Notes under the pieces: generated by a model
The model's input: only the letters and a program-made list of their open reading frames with translations
Told to the model about the DNA's origin: nothing
Databases searched by the model: none
Assembly (NCBI GenBank): GCA_963768615.1
Contig: CAVYIE010000002.1
Coordinates: 133,930-197,929, forward strand
From: Candidatus Eiseniibacteriota bacterium
GTDB taxonomy: Bacteria > Eisenbacteria > RBG-16-71-46 > JABDJR01
DNA: 64,000 nt
Direction of reading: 5' to 3'
Part shown: in pieces, positions 9,007 to 20,469 of the stretch
Layout of the letters: each line of letters starts with the position of its first letter
Position numbering within the stretch: position 1 is the first letter of the stretch
Translations under genes and position numbers: made by a program

Positions 9007-11643
9007 CTACGGTCCGACCGATCCCGGCGTACCGGCACGCATGCCTCGTAGCCACGCCAGTTCCGCGGCGTAACCTGCGCCGGGATCGCTCCTCGCCCAC
9101 TGCTCGATCCTCGCGATCGCGGTGTCGATCGCGAGCGTCGTCTCCGCGTCGAAGAGCGGGAGCGCGGGGAGCGCTGCGTGGAGCAGCGCGAGCGACTCCT
9201 TCTTTTCGCCCATCGCCATGTGCACGAGGGCGAGGTGGGCCTGCGACAGCTCGCGCACCTCGGCCTCGTGAACGCGCTCACCCTCGTCGTCAACGAGGGA
9301 CTGCAGCACCGCACGGGCCTCGGCATAGCGGCCCAGCGCGTAGAGCGTGATGCCGTAGGTGTCGCGCGCGGCGTCCGTGTCGGGGTGATCCGGGCCGCGC
9401 ACCTGGCGGGTGCGGGCGAGGGCGTCGACGATCAGCGGTTCGGCGTCTTTCGCCTCGCCGTTGCGGGTCATCGCCTTGGCCAGCAGCACCAGGGAACTGA
9501 GCGTTCGCGGGTGGTCCTTGCCGAGCACGCCGGCGCGCAGCTCGTAGGTCTGGCGGTGCAGGACCTCGGCCTCGGCCCACTCGCCGAGGACGCCGTGGAC
9601 CTCGGCCACGTTGTTCATGGAGTTCAGCGTCACCGGGTTCTCGGGGCCGAAGACCACCTTCTTCGCGGCCAGGGCGCGCTGCATGTACTGCTGCGCCTCG
9701 CGCATGCGCCCCTGATTGGCGAGGACGTTGCCCAGGTTGTTGAGGATGTTGAGCGTCTCGGGGGCGTTCTCGCCCACCGTGCGTTCCTTAATGGCGAGGA
9801 CCTCCTTGGCGAGGGCCTCGCACTCGGCGTAGCGCCCCACGCGCTCGTAGATGTTCGCGAGCAGGGTCATCGTGCGGGTGGTGTTCGGGTCCTCCTTGCC
9901 GAGCGTGCGTTCCTGGAAGCTGCGCACATCCAGCAGGAGCGACTCGGCCTCCGCGAAGCGCCCCGCGTCCTCGTAGAACAGTCCGAGGGTCGACTTCCAC
10001 TCGGCCACGTCGCGTGCCTCGGTGGGCGAGGCGTGCGCCTCGTAGCGCAACGCGTGGCGCAGCTCGCGCTCCGCGTCGGCATTGCGGCCCAGACGGAACA
10101 GCGCGATGGCCTCGTCGTGGACGGCCCAGGCGGTCTGGATGTCGTCCTCGCCCTGATGCGCGACGCGCAGCGCCACCTCGCGCTCGAACTGCGGGAGCGC
10201 GGCCTCGTAGGCGCCGGTCGAGAGGTACGTGGACCCCAGCGTCTGGCGGATCGCCGCCTCCACCAGGGGCTTGTCGGCGAAGCGTCCACCCGGGGCCGAC
10301 GACGCGTCCAGGCGCTGCGCCGCCACGTCGAGCACCTCGCGCATGCGCACGTCGATGCCCTTGCCCGCCTCGGTCGACGGCGCCGCCGCGGACAGCAGGT
10401 CCTTGTTGAGGAAGTCGTTGACCGCCTGCGCGATGGCGGCCTGCCGTCGTGCTTCACGCGCCTCGCTGGCGGCCACGTGTTCCGCGCGGCGCGCGCGCAG
10501 CAGGCCCCAAGAACTGGCGGCCACGCCGAGCACCAGGATCACGAAGATCGCGATGAGCGCCCGGAAGGCGCCGCGATGGCGGCGGATCAGCTTGCGCAGC
10601 CGATACCCGGCGGTGGGCGGGCGTGCGGCGACGGGCTCGTCATCGAGGAAGCGCGCGATGTCCATCGCCAGGCCGTTCGCCGTCTCGTAGCGGCGGTTGC
10701 GATCCTTCTCCATCGCCTTGAGCACGACCCAGTCGAGGTCGCCCTGCAGCGACCGGTGCAGGCGCGGTAGCAGCGTGGCGCGCCGGTCGGCGACCTCCTG
10801 CGCCTGCGCACCGAGCGTCGCCAGCTTCTTGCTCGGCGTGAGCGGGTCGTCCTCGCGGATGATGCGGCGCATCTCGTCGAAGCCCGCGCGCCGCAGCGCA
10901 TTCACGTCGAACGGCAGACAGCCGGCGAGCAGTTCGTAGAGCATCACGCCCAGGGAGTAGATGTCGGTGCGCGTGTCCACGTCCTCGACGGTGAGGTCGG
11001 CCTGCTCGGGGCTCATGTATTCGGGCGTGCCCAGCAGCGTGCCGACCATCGTGAACATCGTCTGCTCGGTGAGCCGCGGGCCGGCCGCCTTGGCCACGCC
11101 GAAGTCGATGATCTTGGCGACCGGCTTGCCGTCCACCTCGGTGACGAGGACGTTGCTCGGCTTGAGGTCGCGGTGGATCACGGCCTTCTGGTGCGCATGC
11201 TGCACGCCCTGGCATACGCTGACGAACAGCTCGAGACGCTCGCGTGTGGCGAGGCGATGGCGATCGCAATACTCGGTCAGCGGAAGTCCCGGCACGTACT
11301 CCATCACGAAGTAGGGGCCGCCGTCGGGCGTGGTGCCGGCATCGAGCACCTTGGCGATGCAGGGGTGGCTCATCAGCGCCAGGGCTCGACGCTCCGCCTC
11401 GAACCGCACGATGACGTCGCGCGAGTCCATCCCGCGCTTGATGATCTTGAGGGCGACCGTCCTGCGGATGGGCTCGTCCTGCTCGGCGAGCCACACCTCG
11501 CCCATCCCGCCCTCGCCCAGCATGCGCAGCAACCGGTAAGAGTCGATGGTCCACGCCGCCGGAGCCGGTCCGTCGTACGGCAACGTGGCGTCGGGATCGG
11601 GGGGCCGACCGTCATGAGGCGTGTCATGATCCGCCATCGGCAA
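9007..11643 (-). CDS. Serine/threonine protein kinase with transmembrane segment and C-terminal TPR repeat array
   Basis: Hanks kinase motifs (GEGGMGEVW, VALKII, HRDLKPSN, DFGVAK, GTPEYMSPE). Single TM (LIAIFVILVLGVAASSW). ~450 aa of TPR-like repeats. Confidence 0.9.
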   Translation of the reverse strand: MPMADHDTPHDGRPPDPDATLPYDGPAPAAWTIDSYRLLRMLGEGGMGEVWLAEQDEPIRRTVALKIIKRGMDSRDVIVRFEAERRALALMSHPCIAKVLDAGTTPDGGPYFVMEYVPGLPLTEYCDRHRLATRERLELFVSVCQGVQHAHQKAVIHRDLKPSNVLVTEVDGKPVAKIIDFGVAKAAGPRLTEQTMFTMVGTLLGTPEYMSPEQADLTVEDVDTRTDIYSLGVMLYELLAGCLPFDVNALRRAGFDEMRRIIREDDPLTPSKKLATLGAQAQEVADRRATLLPRLHRSLQGDLDWVVLKAMEKDRNRRYETANGLAMDIARFLDDEPVAARPPTAGYRLRKLIRRHRGAFRALIAIFVILVLGVAASSWGLLRARRAEHVAASEAREARRQAAIAQAVNDFLNKDLLSAAAPSTEAGKGIDVRMREVLDVAAQRLDASSAPGGRFADKPLVEAAIRQTLGSTYLSTGAYEAALPQFEREVALRVAHQGEDDIQTAWAVHDEAIALFRLGRNADAERELRHALRYEAHASPTEARDVAEWKSTLGLFYEDAGRFAEAESLLLDVRSFQERTLGKEDPNTTRTMTLLANIYERVGRYAECEALAKEVLAIKERTVGENAPETLNILNNLGNVLANQGRMREAQQYMQRALAAKKVVFGPENPVTLNSMNNVAEVHGVLGEWAEAEVLHRQTYELRAGVLGKDHPRTLSSLVLLAKAMTRNGEAKDAEPLIVDALARTRQVRGPDHPDTDAARDTYGITLYALGRYAEARAVLQSLVDDEGERVHEAEVRELSQAHLALVHMAMGEKKESLALLHAALPALPLFDAETTLAIDTAIARIEQWARSDPGAGYAAELAWLRGMRAGTPGSVGP

Positions 11644-11686
11644 AGTCTACCGCGACGGGGGGTGATCGCGGAAGGAGATTCGGCCA

Positions 11687-11926
11687 TCACGCCACCTGCA
11701 CCACCAGCTTCCCGAAGTGTGTCGCCGCCTCGAGCGTGTCGTAGGCCCTGCGCACGTCGGTGAAGGGGAAGACCTGGTCGACGACCGGCTTCAGGCCGGT
11801 CTGCGCGACGAAAGCGGCGAACGCGCGGAAATGTTCGGCGCTGCCGACGTAGACCTGGTCGACGTGGAGGCGGTCGGCACTGGCCCGGGCGCGGTCGGGG
11901 GCGGCGCGGTCGCCGGTGAAAAGCAT
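11687..11926 (-). pseudogene. C-terminal ~80-aa fragment of an MDR-family quinone oxidoreductase / Zn-alcohol dehydrogenase
   Basis: MLFTGDRAAPD...VDQVYVGSAEHFRAFAAFVAQTGLKPVVDQVFPFTDVRRAYDTLEAATHFGKLVVQVA is a typical MDR C-terminus. No N-terminal catalytic domain upstream; the rest of the ORF is Gly/Arg junk. Confidence 0.55.
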
Positions 11927-12174
11927 AGGTGATTGTATGAGCCCGTCCCAGGGCGGAAAGTTCGTCCCGGCATCCCGGGCACCCGGCCTTCCCCGGAAAC
12001 CACCTCTCCCCGGCAGGCCAGGGACCGTCCGGGGAGCGTGATGGCCCTGAGCGCGCGCAACCGTCCCCACGACACGGGTCTCTCCCCCGTCCTCGAGTTC
12101 CGCGGAACCGGCCCGGCACGCACCTCCACGACCCGCCGGCCCGGTACTCGAGGATCCGGCACGGGGGACGGGAG

Positions 12175-12384
12175 TCAGTTGGGGAGCACGGCCACCGGCT
12201 CCGGCGGCGCCCGCTCCCCGAACGGGTCGTGTCCGCCGCCTCGGGTGACGTGACGCAGGATCCGGTCCACCACCCGCGGCTCGGTCACCACTGACACCAC
12301 CCGCATCTCCACCCCGCACTCCGGGCACAGCAGCGGGTCCACCTCCAGCACCCGGCGCAACAGCCGCGCCCAACTCCCCGTCCG
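12175..12384 (-). pseudogene. Transposase C-terminal fragment (CxxC zinc-ribbon motif, IS91-family-like)
   Basis: SWARLLRRVLEVDPLLCPECGVEMRVVSVVTEPRVVDRILRHVTRGG resembles the conserved C-terminal motif of IS91-type transposases as I recall it. No catalytic domain upstream. Family assignment is tentative. Confidence 0.4.
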
Positions 12385-12544
12385 TGACCCCGCCCGACCA
12401 CCGTCTCCCCGCGCACCGGGTGCCGGGGCCGGTACACCGCCGGGACGCTCGCCCCGACGCCGCCGAGACCCACAGTACCCACTCAAACCAACCGCACCGG
12501 ACGGGCTCAGCCGCAATCAGATCCAGTCTGCACCGCGGGCAGGC

Positions 12545-12715
12545 CGCCCGGCATCAGCTCCCGGGCCGCCTCGCTCAGCTCCAGGCTCACGCTCCCGTCC
12601 GCGAGGCTCCGCCGGAGATCCTCGGTCAGGAGGTCCACGATCCGTTCGATCTCCGGCAGGGTCAGGGGCCGGAACAGCACCACGTCGTCCACCCGGTTCA
12701 GGAACTCCGGCCGGG
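12545..12715 (-). pseudogene. clpB-derived remnant B: ~170-bp internal segment of a divergent clpB
   Basis: Minus-strand translation [47 protein letters not shown] is colinear with resident ClpB ...[46 protein letters not shown]. ~83-85% nt identity to the resident clpB at 13868-14012. Confidence 0.7.
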
Positions 12716-12735
12716 TGAATCACCCCGTCACCGGC

Positions 12736-13386
12736 TCACTCCGCGGCCGGCGCGTCCTCGTCGAACTTCACGTCCCAGTGGGCCCCGCTACAGAACGGCT
12801 TGTTCGTGCTCTTGCCGCAGCGGCAGAGATCGAAGTGATCCAGGGTGGCACCCTCGAGGAGCTCGACGTCCTCCAGGTCGGCGCCGCCGACGATGGCGTA
12901 GGGGCCGTTGGGCCAGAGGGTGACCCTGGGTTCGCCGCCGCGGTCGCGATGCTCGATGCCGTCGATGGAGTAGCTGAGGGCGCCGGAGGGGCACGTGGAG
13001 ATGGCGCGGACGATCTCGTCGCGGGTGGCGCCGTCGGGATCGATCCAGGGCTCGGTGCCGAGGCGGAAGACCGACTTCAGGGTGTCGGTGCACCGGGCCG
13101 AGTGCGCGCAAAGGCCGCGGTTGTCGTGGATGGTGATCTCCTTGCCGGCGTACTCGTCGCGCCGGTCGGGGACGCGGGCGGGGTCCTTGGCGCTGGTGAA
13201 CCCGTTCTTCTTGTGGGTCCCGTCGCAGAAGGGTTTGTTGGAGGAGCCGCCGCAACGGCAGAGGGCGGCGCGGCCGCCCCGGACCTCGAAGACCTTGCCG
13301 TCCGTGGGGCGGACGATGGCGGTGACGTTGGAGACGAGGTAGGGGCCGTTCTCGGTGGGGGTGATCTTGGGGCGGTCGGCGGGCAT
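12736..13386 (-). CDS. CDGSH-type iron-sulfur domain protein (two CDGSH motifs)
   Basis: CRCGGSSNKPFCDGTHKK and CRCGKSTNKPFCSGAHW motifs. Confidence 0.85.
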   Translation of the reverse strand: MPADRPKITPTENGPYLVSNVTAIVRPTDGKVFEVRGGRAALCRCGGSSNKPFCDGTHKKNGFTSAKDPARVPDRRDEYAGKEITIHDNRGLCAHSARCTDTLKSVFRLGTEPWIDPDGATRDEIVRAISTCPSGALSYSIDGIEHRDRGGEPRVTLWPNGPYAIVGGADLEDVELLEGATLDHFDLCRCGKSTNKPFCSGAHWDVKFDEDAPAAE

Positions 13387-13651
13387 GGGTCCTCCGTGGG
13401 GACGAGGGTCTGCGTTGGGGGGCGGTCGGGGCGTCCGGGGGGGCCGTCGGGGGGACAGTAGCAGGCTGGGAGGCCGGAGTCCATGTGACGGGGGTGGCGT
13501 CGGACCCGGGTCGACCGGGGTTCACCCGAGGGGCGGCCGCGACGGGGATCAGCCGGGTAGCCGTGCACCCGGGTCCACATCTGCAGCCACGTTCACGCCG
13601 CCACGGAAACCGATTCGGTGAACCGCCAGCGCCGCCGTTCCGGCCCGGGAC

Positions 13652-16303
<2,652 letters not shown>

Positions 16304-16345
16304 TAAGTTATCCTTTCAATTGATCCGGGCGAGGTGCCTTCCGAG

Positions 16346-16374
16346 AGTATAGCTCCGGGCCCCCGGGGGTCCAA
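16346..16374 (-). promoter_or_regulatory. sigma70-like promoter for clpB (TTGGAC-N17-TATACT on the minus strand)
   Basis: Read on the minus strand: cttgga cccccgggggcccggagc tatact, then the leader with an AAAGGA RBS before the clpB ATG. No CIRCE or HAIR inverted repeat recognised. Confidence 0.4.
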
Positions 16375-16415
16375 GCCGGCCCCGGCCGCGGCTCCGGAAT
16401 CGGGCAACCGCCGGG

Positions 16416-16443
16416 TTGACAGCAAGTTCTACATCTGTAGAAT
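16416..16443 (+). promoter_or_regulatory. Near-consensus sigma70 promoter (TTGACA-N16-TAGAAT) with overlapping perfect palindrome TTCTACA-TC-TGTAGAA (candidate operator), upstream of the ABC transporter operon
   Basis: ttgaca at 16416-16421, tagaat at 16438-16443. The 16-bp palindrome 16427-16442 overlaps the -10. Confidence 0.45.
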
Positions 16444-16506
16444 TACCTGGCAATCACAACCGATCCCTATACAATCTCCACTCGCCCCGGCTTCCCAGGA
16501 GGGACC

Positions 16507-17436
16507 GTGATAGAAGTCGATGCGCTCCACAAGCAGTACGGCGAGCTGACCGCAGTGGACGAGGTGAGCTTCACGGCCGAGGGGGGAGCCATCTTCGGGC
16601 TCCTGGGCCCCAACGGAGCCGGCAAGACCACCACCATCTCCTGCATCTCCGGCCTCCTCAAACCCACCTCGGGCCGGGTGCGGATCCTCGGGCACGACGT
16701 GGTCACCGACGGCATCCGGGCCAAGAAGGCCCTGGGGGTGGTCCCCCAGGAGATCGCCCTCTACGAGGAGGTCTCGGCGGTGGAGAACCTCCGCTACTGG
16801 GGCGGGGCCTACGGCCTCGGCGGCGCCCACCTCAAGCGGCGCATCTCCGAGGTGCTGGACCTGACCGGGCTCCTGGACCGGGCCAGGGAACCGGTCAAGC
16901 GCTACAGCGGGGGGATGAAGCGGCGGCTCAACTTCGCCTGCGGCATCGTCCACGAACCCCAGGTGCTGCTCCTGGACGAACCGACGGTGGGCGTGGATCC
17001 GCAGAGCCGGGTCCGGTTGCTGGAGCTGGTGCGGGAGCAGGCCGCGGCCGGCACCTGCGTGCTCTACACCACCCACTACATGGAAGAGGCGGAACATCTC
17101 TGCGACCGGCTGGCCATCATCGATCACGGCCGGCTCATCGCCCGGGGAACCCTCCCCGAGCTGCGGGCCAGGACCGGCCAGCGGGACGTGGTCCGGCTCA
17201 CCGGAGCGTTCCCGGCCGGGCGTACCGAGGAACTCGTGAACGGCCTGGAGCACGCCGAGGTGGTCCAGGCCGAGCCGGGCCAGATCACGGTGTCCATGGA
17301 GGGAGGCTCCCGCCGGCTGCCGGAGCTGTTCGGAGTGCTGACCGAGGCCGGAGCGGAGATCCGGGAGACGACCCTCACCCAGCCCAGCCTGGAGAGCCTG
17401 TTCATCCAGCTCACCGGCAAGGAACTCCGCGAGTGA
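16507..17436 (+). CDS. ABC transporter ATP-binding protein (ABC-2/exporter type)
   Basis: Walker A GPNGAGKTT, signature YSGGMKRRL, Walker B LLLDEPTVGVD. Confidence 0.9.
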   Translation: MIEVDALHKQYGELTAVDEVSFTAEGGAIFGLLGPNGAGKTTTISCISGLLKPTSGRVRILGHDVVTDGIRAKKALGVVPQEIALYEEVSAVENLRYWGGAYGLGGAHLKRRISEVLDLTGLLDRAREPVKRYSGGMKRRLNFACGIVHEPQVLLLDEPTVGVDPQSRVRLLELVREQAAAGTCVLYTTHYMEEAEHLCDRLAIIDHGRLIARGTLPELRARTGQRDVVRLTGAFPAGRTEELVNGLEHAEVVQAEPGQITVSMEGGSRRLPELFGVLTEAGAEIRETTLTQPSLESLFIQLTGKELRE

Positions 17437-17464
17437 CGGGGGCGCGGGGCGGGAGGGGTTCCCG

Positions 17465-18706
17465 ATGAGCTTCCTCCGCGCCTCCATCGCCAAGGACGTC
17501 GGGCGCATGGTCCGCGATCCGGCCGCGGTGGCCCTCTCGGTGGGGCTGCCGCTCCTGATCGGACTCCTCATCCGCCTCACCCTGGGCGGGGGGGGAAGCG
17601 GCGTTTCCCCCACCGCCGAGCTGCTGGTCGCCGACCGGGACAGCACCTTCGTGAGCCGGTTCCTGGCCGGGGCCTTCGACCAGGGCCCGGCCGCGGATCT
17701 CGTCAACGCGGTCCCGGTCACCGAGGAGGAGGGCCGGAAGCGCCTGGACGAGGGCAAGGCCTCCGGCCTCCTCATCATCCCCGAGGGCTTCGCGGACGCG
17801 GTCTTCAACCGCGAGCCGACCACCCTGGTCCTCCTCACCAATCCCGCCCAGCGCATCCTCCCCGGCATCCTGGAGGGCATGCTGGGGTTCCTGGTCGACG
17901 TGGGCGGGATCGGCCAGCAGATCCTGGGCGGAGCCGGCGAGACCCTGACCATGGAGCCTCCCCCGGGCCGGATCACCCTCGCCGACAGCACCGTGGCCCG
18001 GTTCAGCACCACCGTGAACCGGCTGGTGGAATCGGCCGGCCCCTTCCTCTTCCCGCCCGCGATCAAGGTGGAGACGGTGACCCTGGCCGAGGCCAAGGAG
18101 GAGCGGGGGTTCACCGATCTCTTCTTCCCCAGCCTGTTCCTCATGGCCATCATCTTCGGGGCCCAGAGCCAGAGCGACGACCTGTGGAAGGAACGCATGC
18201 TCGGCACCCTGCGGCGCACCGTGACCACTCCCCGGCGCCTGGCCGTCTTCCTCCTGGGCAAGACGGCGGCCATCTCCTGCCTGCTCGCCCTGGTGGCGGT
18301 GGCCGGCATCGCCGCGGGGAAGTGGATCTTCGGCGTGAACGTCCACCACCCGGTGGCGGCCATGCTCTGGGCCACGGCCTCGGGCGCTTTCCTGTTCCTG
18401 TTCTTCACCCTGGTCCAGATCCTGGCCGCGAGCCGGCGGGGGGGGAACCTCCTCTCCAACGCGGTGCTTTTCCCCATGATCATGGTCGGGGGCTCCTTCT
18501 TCCCCTTCGAGGCCATGCCCGCCTGGCTGGCCCGGATCGGCAAGCTCACCCCCAACGGCTGGGCCCTGGTCCAGCTCAAGGCCATCCTGTGGGGCCAGGT
18601 CGATCCGCCGGTGCTGGCCGCCACCGTGACCGGGTGGGCGGTGTTCGGGGGGCTGCTCTTCGGCCTCTGCCTCCTGCGGCTCCGCCGCTTCGCGAGGGCG
18701 TCATGA
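17465..18706 (+). CDS. ABC-2 family transporter permease
   Basis: N-terminal TM segment, large extracytoplasmic loop, then C-terminal 5-6 TM segments typical of ABC-2 permeases. Stop overlaps the next start (ATGA). Confidence 0.8.
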   Translation: MSFLRASIAKDVGRMVRDPAAVALSVGLPLLIGLLIRLTLGGGGSGVSPTAELLVADRDSTFVSRFLAGAFDQGPAADLVNAVPVTEEEGRKRLDEGKASGLLIIPEGFADAVFNREPTTLVLLTNPAQRILPGILEGMLGFLVDVGGIGQQILGGAGETLTMEPPPGRITLADSTVARFSTTVNRLVESAGPFLFPPAIKVETVTLAEAKEERGFTDLFFPSLFLMAIIFGAQSQSDDLWKERMLGTLRRTVTTPRRLAVFLLGKTAAISCLLALVAVAGIAAGKWIFGVNVHHPVAAMLWATASGAFLFLFFTLVQILAASRRGGNLLSNAVLFPMIMVGGSFFPFEAMPAWLARIGKLTPNGWALVQLKAILWGQVDPPVLAATVTGWAVFGGLLFGLCLLRLRRFARAS

Positions 18707-19845
18707 GCCTCCTCCGCACCGCCCTCTTCATCGCCGGCAAGGATCTCCGCCACATGCTGCGGGCCCGGGAGACCCTGCTCTGGACCTTCTTCATGCCCAT
18801 CGTGTTCTTCTTCTTCATCGGGACCATCACCGGGGGCCAGGGCGGATTCGGCGGCGCGCCCGACCCGCTGGCCTACGACCGCTCCCCCGAGGCCGGCTAC
18901 CTGGCCGACCTCCTGGCCGAGCGGCTGGGCACCATGGACTTCCGCCTGGTGCCGGCGGAGAGCGTGGCCGCCGAGTCCCGCATGACCCGGCTCACCGTGC
19001 CCGCCGGTTTCACCGATTCGGTGACCGCGGGCCGGACCGCCACCCTCACCCTCACCCGCCGCGGGGCGAGCCTCTCCGGCGACTACGCCCGGATCCGGGT
19101 GCAGAGGGCGGCGTGGACGCTCCTGGGGGACCTGGTGGCGGTGTCGGAGCGGGGGGATTCGCTCACCCGGGCCTCGGTGACCGCCATCGCCGAGACCCCG
19201 AAGCCGCTCAAGCTGGAGGTCCGGCAGGCCGGCCGGCGCCGGGAGATCCCCTCCGGCTTCGAGCAGGCGGTGCCCGGGACCATGGTCATGTTCACCCTGC
19301 TGGTGCTCCTGACCTCGGGATCCATCCTGCTCGTGATCGAACGCCGGGACGGGCTGCTCCGGCGGCTGGCCTCCTCGCCCCTTCCCCGCACCGGGATCAT
19401 CCTGGGCAAGTGGGCGGGGCGCCTGGGGCTGGGGGCGGTGCAGCTCGGCTTCGCCATGCTGGCCGGCACCTTCCTCTTCCACATGCGGTGGGGACCCCAC
19501 GTGGGCACCCTGTTCCTGGTGCTCCTGGTCTACGGCTCCCTGGTGGCCATGCTCGGCATCCTCCTGGGGAACCTCTCCCGGAGCGAGGGGCAGGCGGCGG
19601 GGATCGGGGTCCTCTCGGCCAACGTGCTCGCCGCCCTCGGCGGCTGCTGGTGGCCGATCGAGATCACCCCGCCCTGGATGCAGAAGCTCTCCCTGTTCCT
19701 TCCCACCGGCCTGGCCATGGACGCCCTCCACAAGCTGGTCAGCTTCGGGGCGCCCCCGGCGGCGGTGGCCGGGCACCTGGCCGCCCTGGCCGCGGGGGCG
19801 GTGGTGATCGGCTGGATCGCCGTCCGCACCTTCCGGTTCCAGTAG
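18703..19845 (+). CDS. ABC-2 family transporter permease (second subunit)
   Basis: Same architecture. Start ATG at 18703 overlaps the upstream stop. MSLLRTALFIAGKDLRHMLR is typical of ABC-2 permease N-termini. Confidence 0.8.
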   Translation: MSLLRTALFIAGKDLRHMLRARETLLWTFFMPIVFFFFIGTITGGQGGFGGAPDPLAYDRSPEAGYLADLLAERLGTMDFRLVPAESVAAESRMTRLTVPAGFTDSVTAGRTATLTLTRRGASLSGDYARIRVQRAAWTLLGDLVAVSERGDSLTRASVTAIAETPKPLKLEVRQAGRRREIPSGFEQAVPGTMVMFTLLVLLTSGSILLVIERRDGLLRRLASSPLPRTGIILGKWAGRLGLGAVQLGFAMLAGTFLFHMRWGPHVGTLFLVLLVYGSLVAMLGILLGNLSRSEGQAAGIGVLSANVLAALGGCWWPIEITPPWMQKLSLFLPTGLAMDALHKLVSFGAPPAAVAGHLAALAAGAVVIGWIAVRTFRFQ

Positions 19846-19941
19846 CCGGACCCCCGTCCCGGCTTCGGCCGGCGGGCCCGGAATCCGCTACACTCTGCGC
19901 GGCTCGACCGGGGCGTGGGGCCCCGGCGCCGGGAGGATCCC

Positions 19942-20433
19942 ATGCCCGCCATCGATCCCGACCGCAACTTCCGGCCCGCCCGGGCACTCATCCGCCTGTG
20001 GCTGGAGGCCCAGGACCGCTACGAGGTGGCGCTGGACCGGCTCACCCCGCCGGACCTGGAGCGCCCGGTGGACCCGGGGACCCTCTTCACCGAGGCGGTC
20101 CGCCATCCCGCCGCTTGCGGGTACAGCTACCTGGCCTGGATCCGGAAGTGCCTGGAGCTGCCCGATACCCGGCCTCCCCACACTCCCCCGGAGGTGAACG
20201 CGATGGAGAGCCTGGAGGAGATCCGGGCCGCCCTGCTCGCGGTCCGGGCCGATCTGGAGGCCACGGTGGCCCCCATCCCCGCCTCGCGGCTGGAGGGGGT
20301 CAGCTACACCAGCAACTGGGGCGTCCCCTTCGACATCGACACCATGCTGGAGCACGCGGTGATGCACTGGCACCGCCACCGGCTCCAGATCGAGAACATC
20401 CTCGGCAACCCGGCCCCTCCCGGCGACGTATGA
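19942..20433 (+). CDS. DinB/YfiT-like (DinB_2 superfamily) metal-dependent four-helix-bundle protein
   Basis: His-rich C-terminal helix (HAVMHWHRHRLQIENIL). ATG at 19942 preceded by a GGGAGGA RBS. Family call is tentative. Confidence 0.5.
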   Translation: MPAIDPDRNFRPARALIRLWLEAQDRYEVALDRLTPPDLERPVDPGTLFTEAVRHPAACGYSYLAWIRKCLELPDTRPPHTPPEVNAMESLEEIRAALLAVRADLEATVAPIPASRLEGVSYTSNWGVPFDIDTMLEHAVMHWHRHRLQIENILGNPAPPGDV

Positions 20434-20469
20434 CCGACCGGAGGACCGGCCCGCGGACATGACCCCTTC

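Noticed and set aside
16429-19776. 1115-aa minus-strand ORF across the ABC transporter operon
   Set aside because: Antisense to three well-supported plus-strand genes; junk composition.
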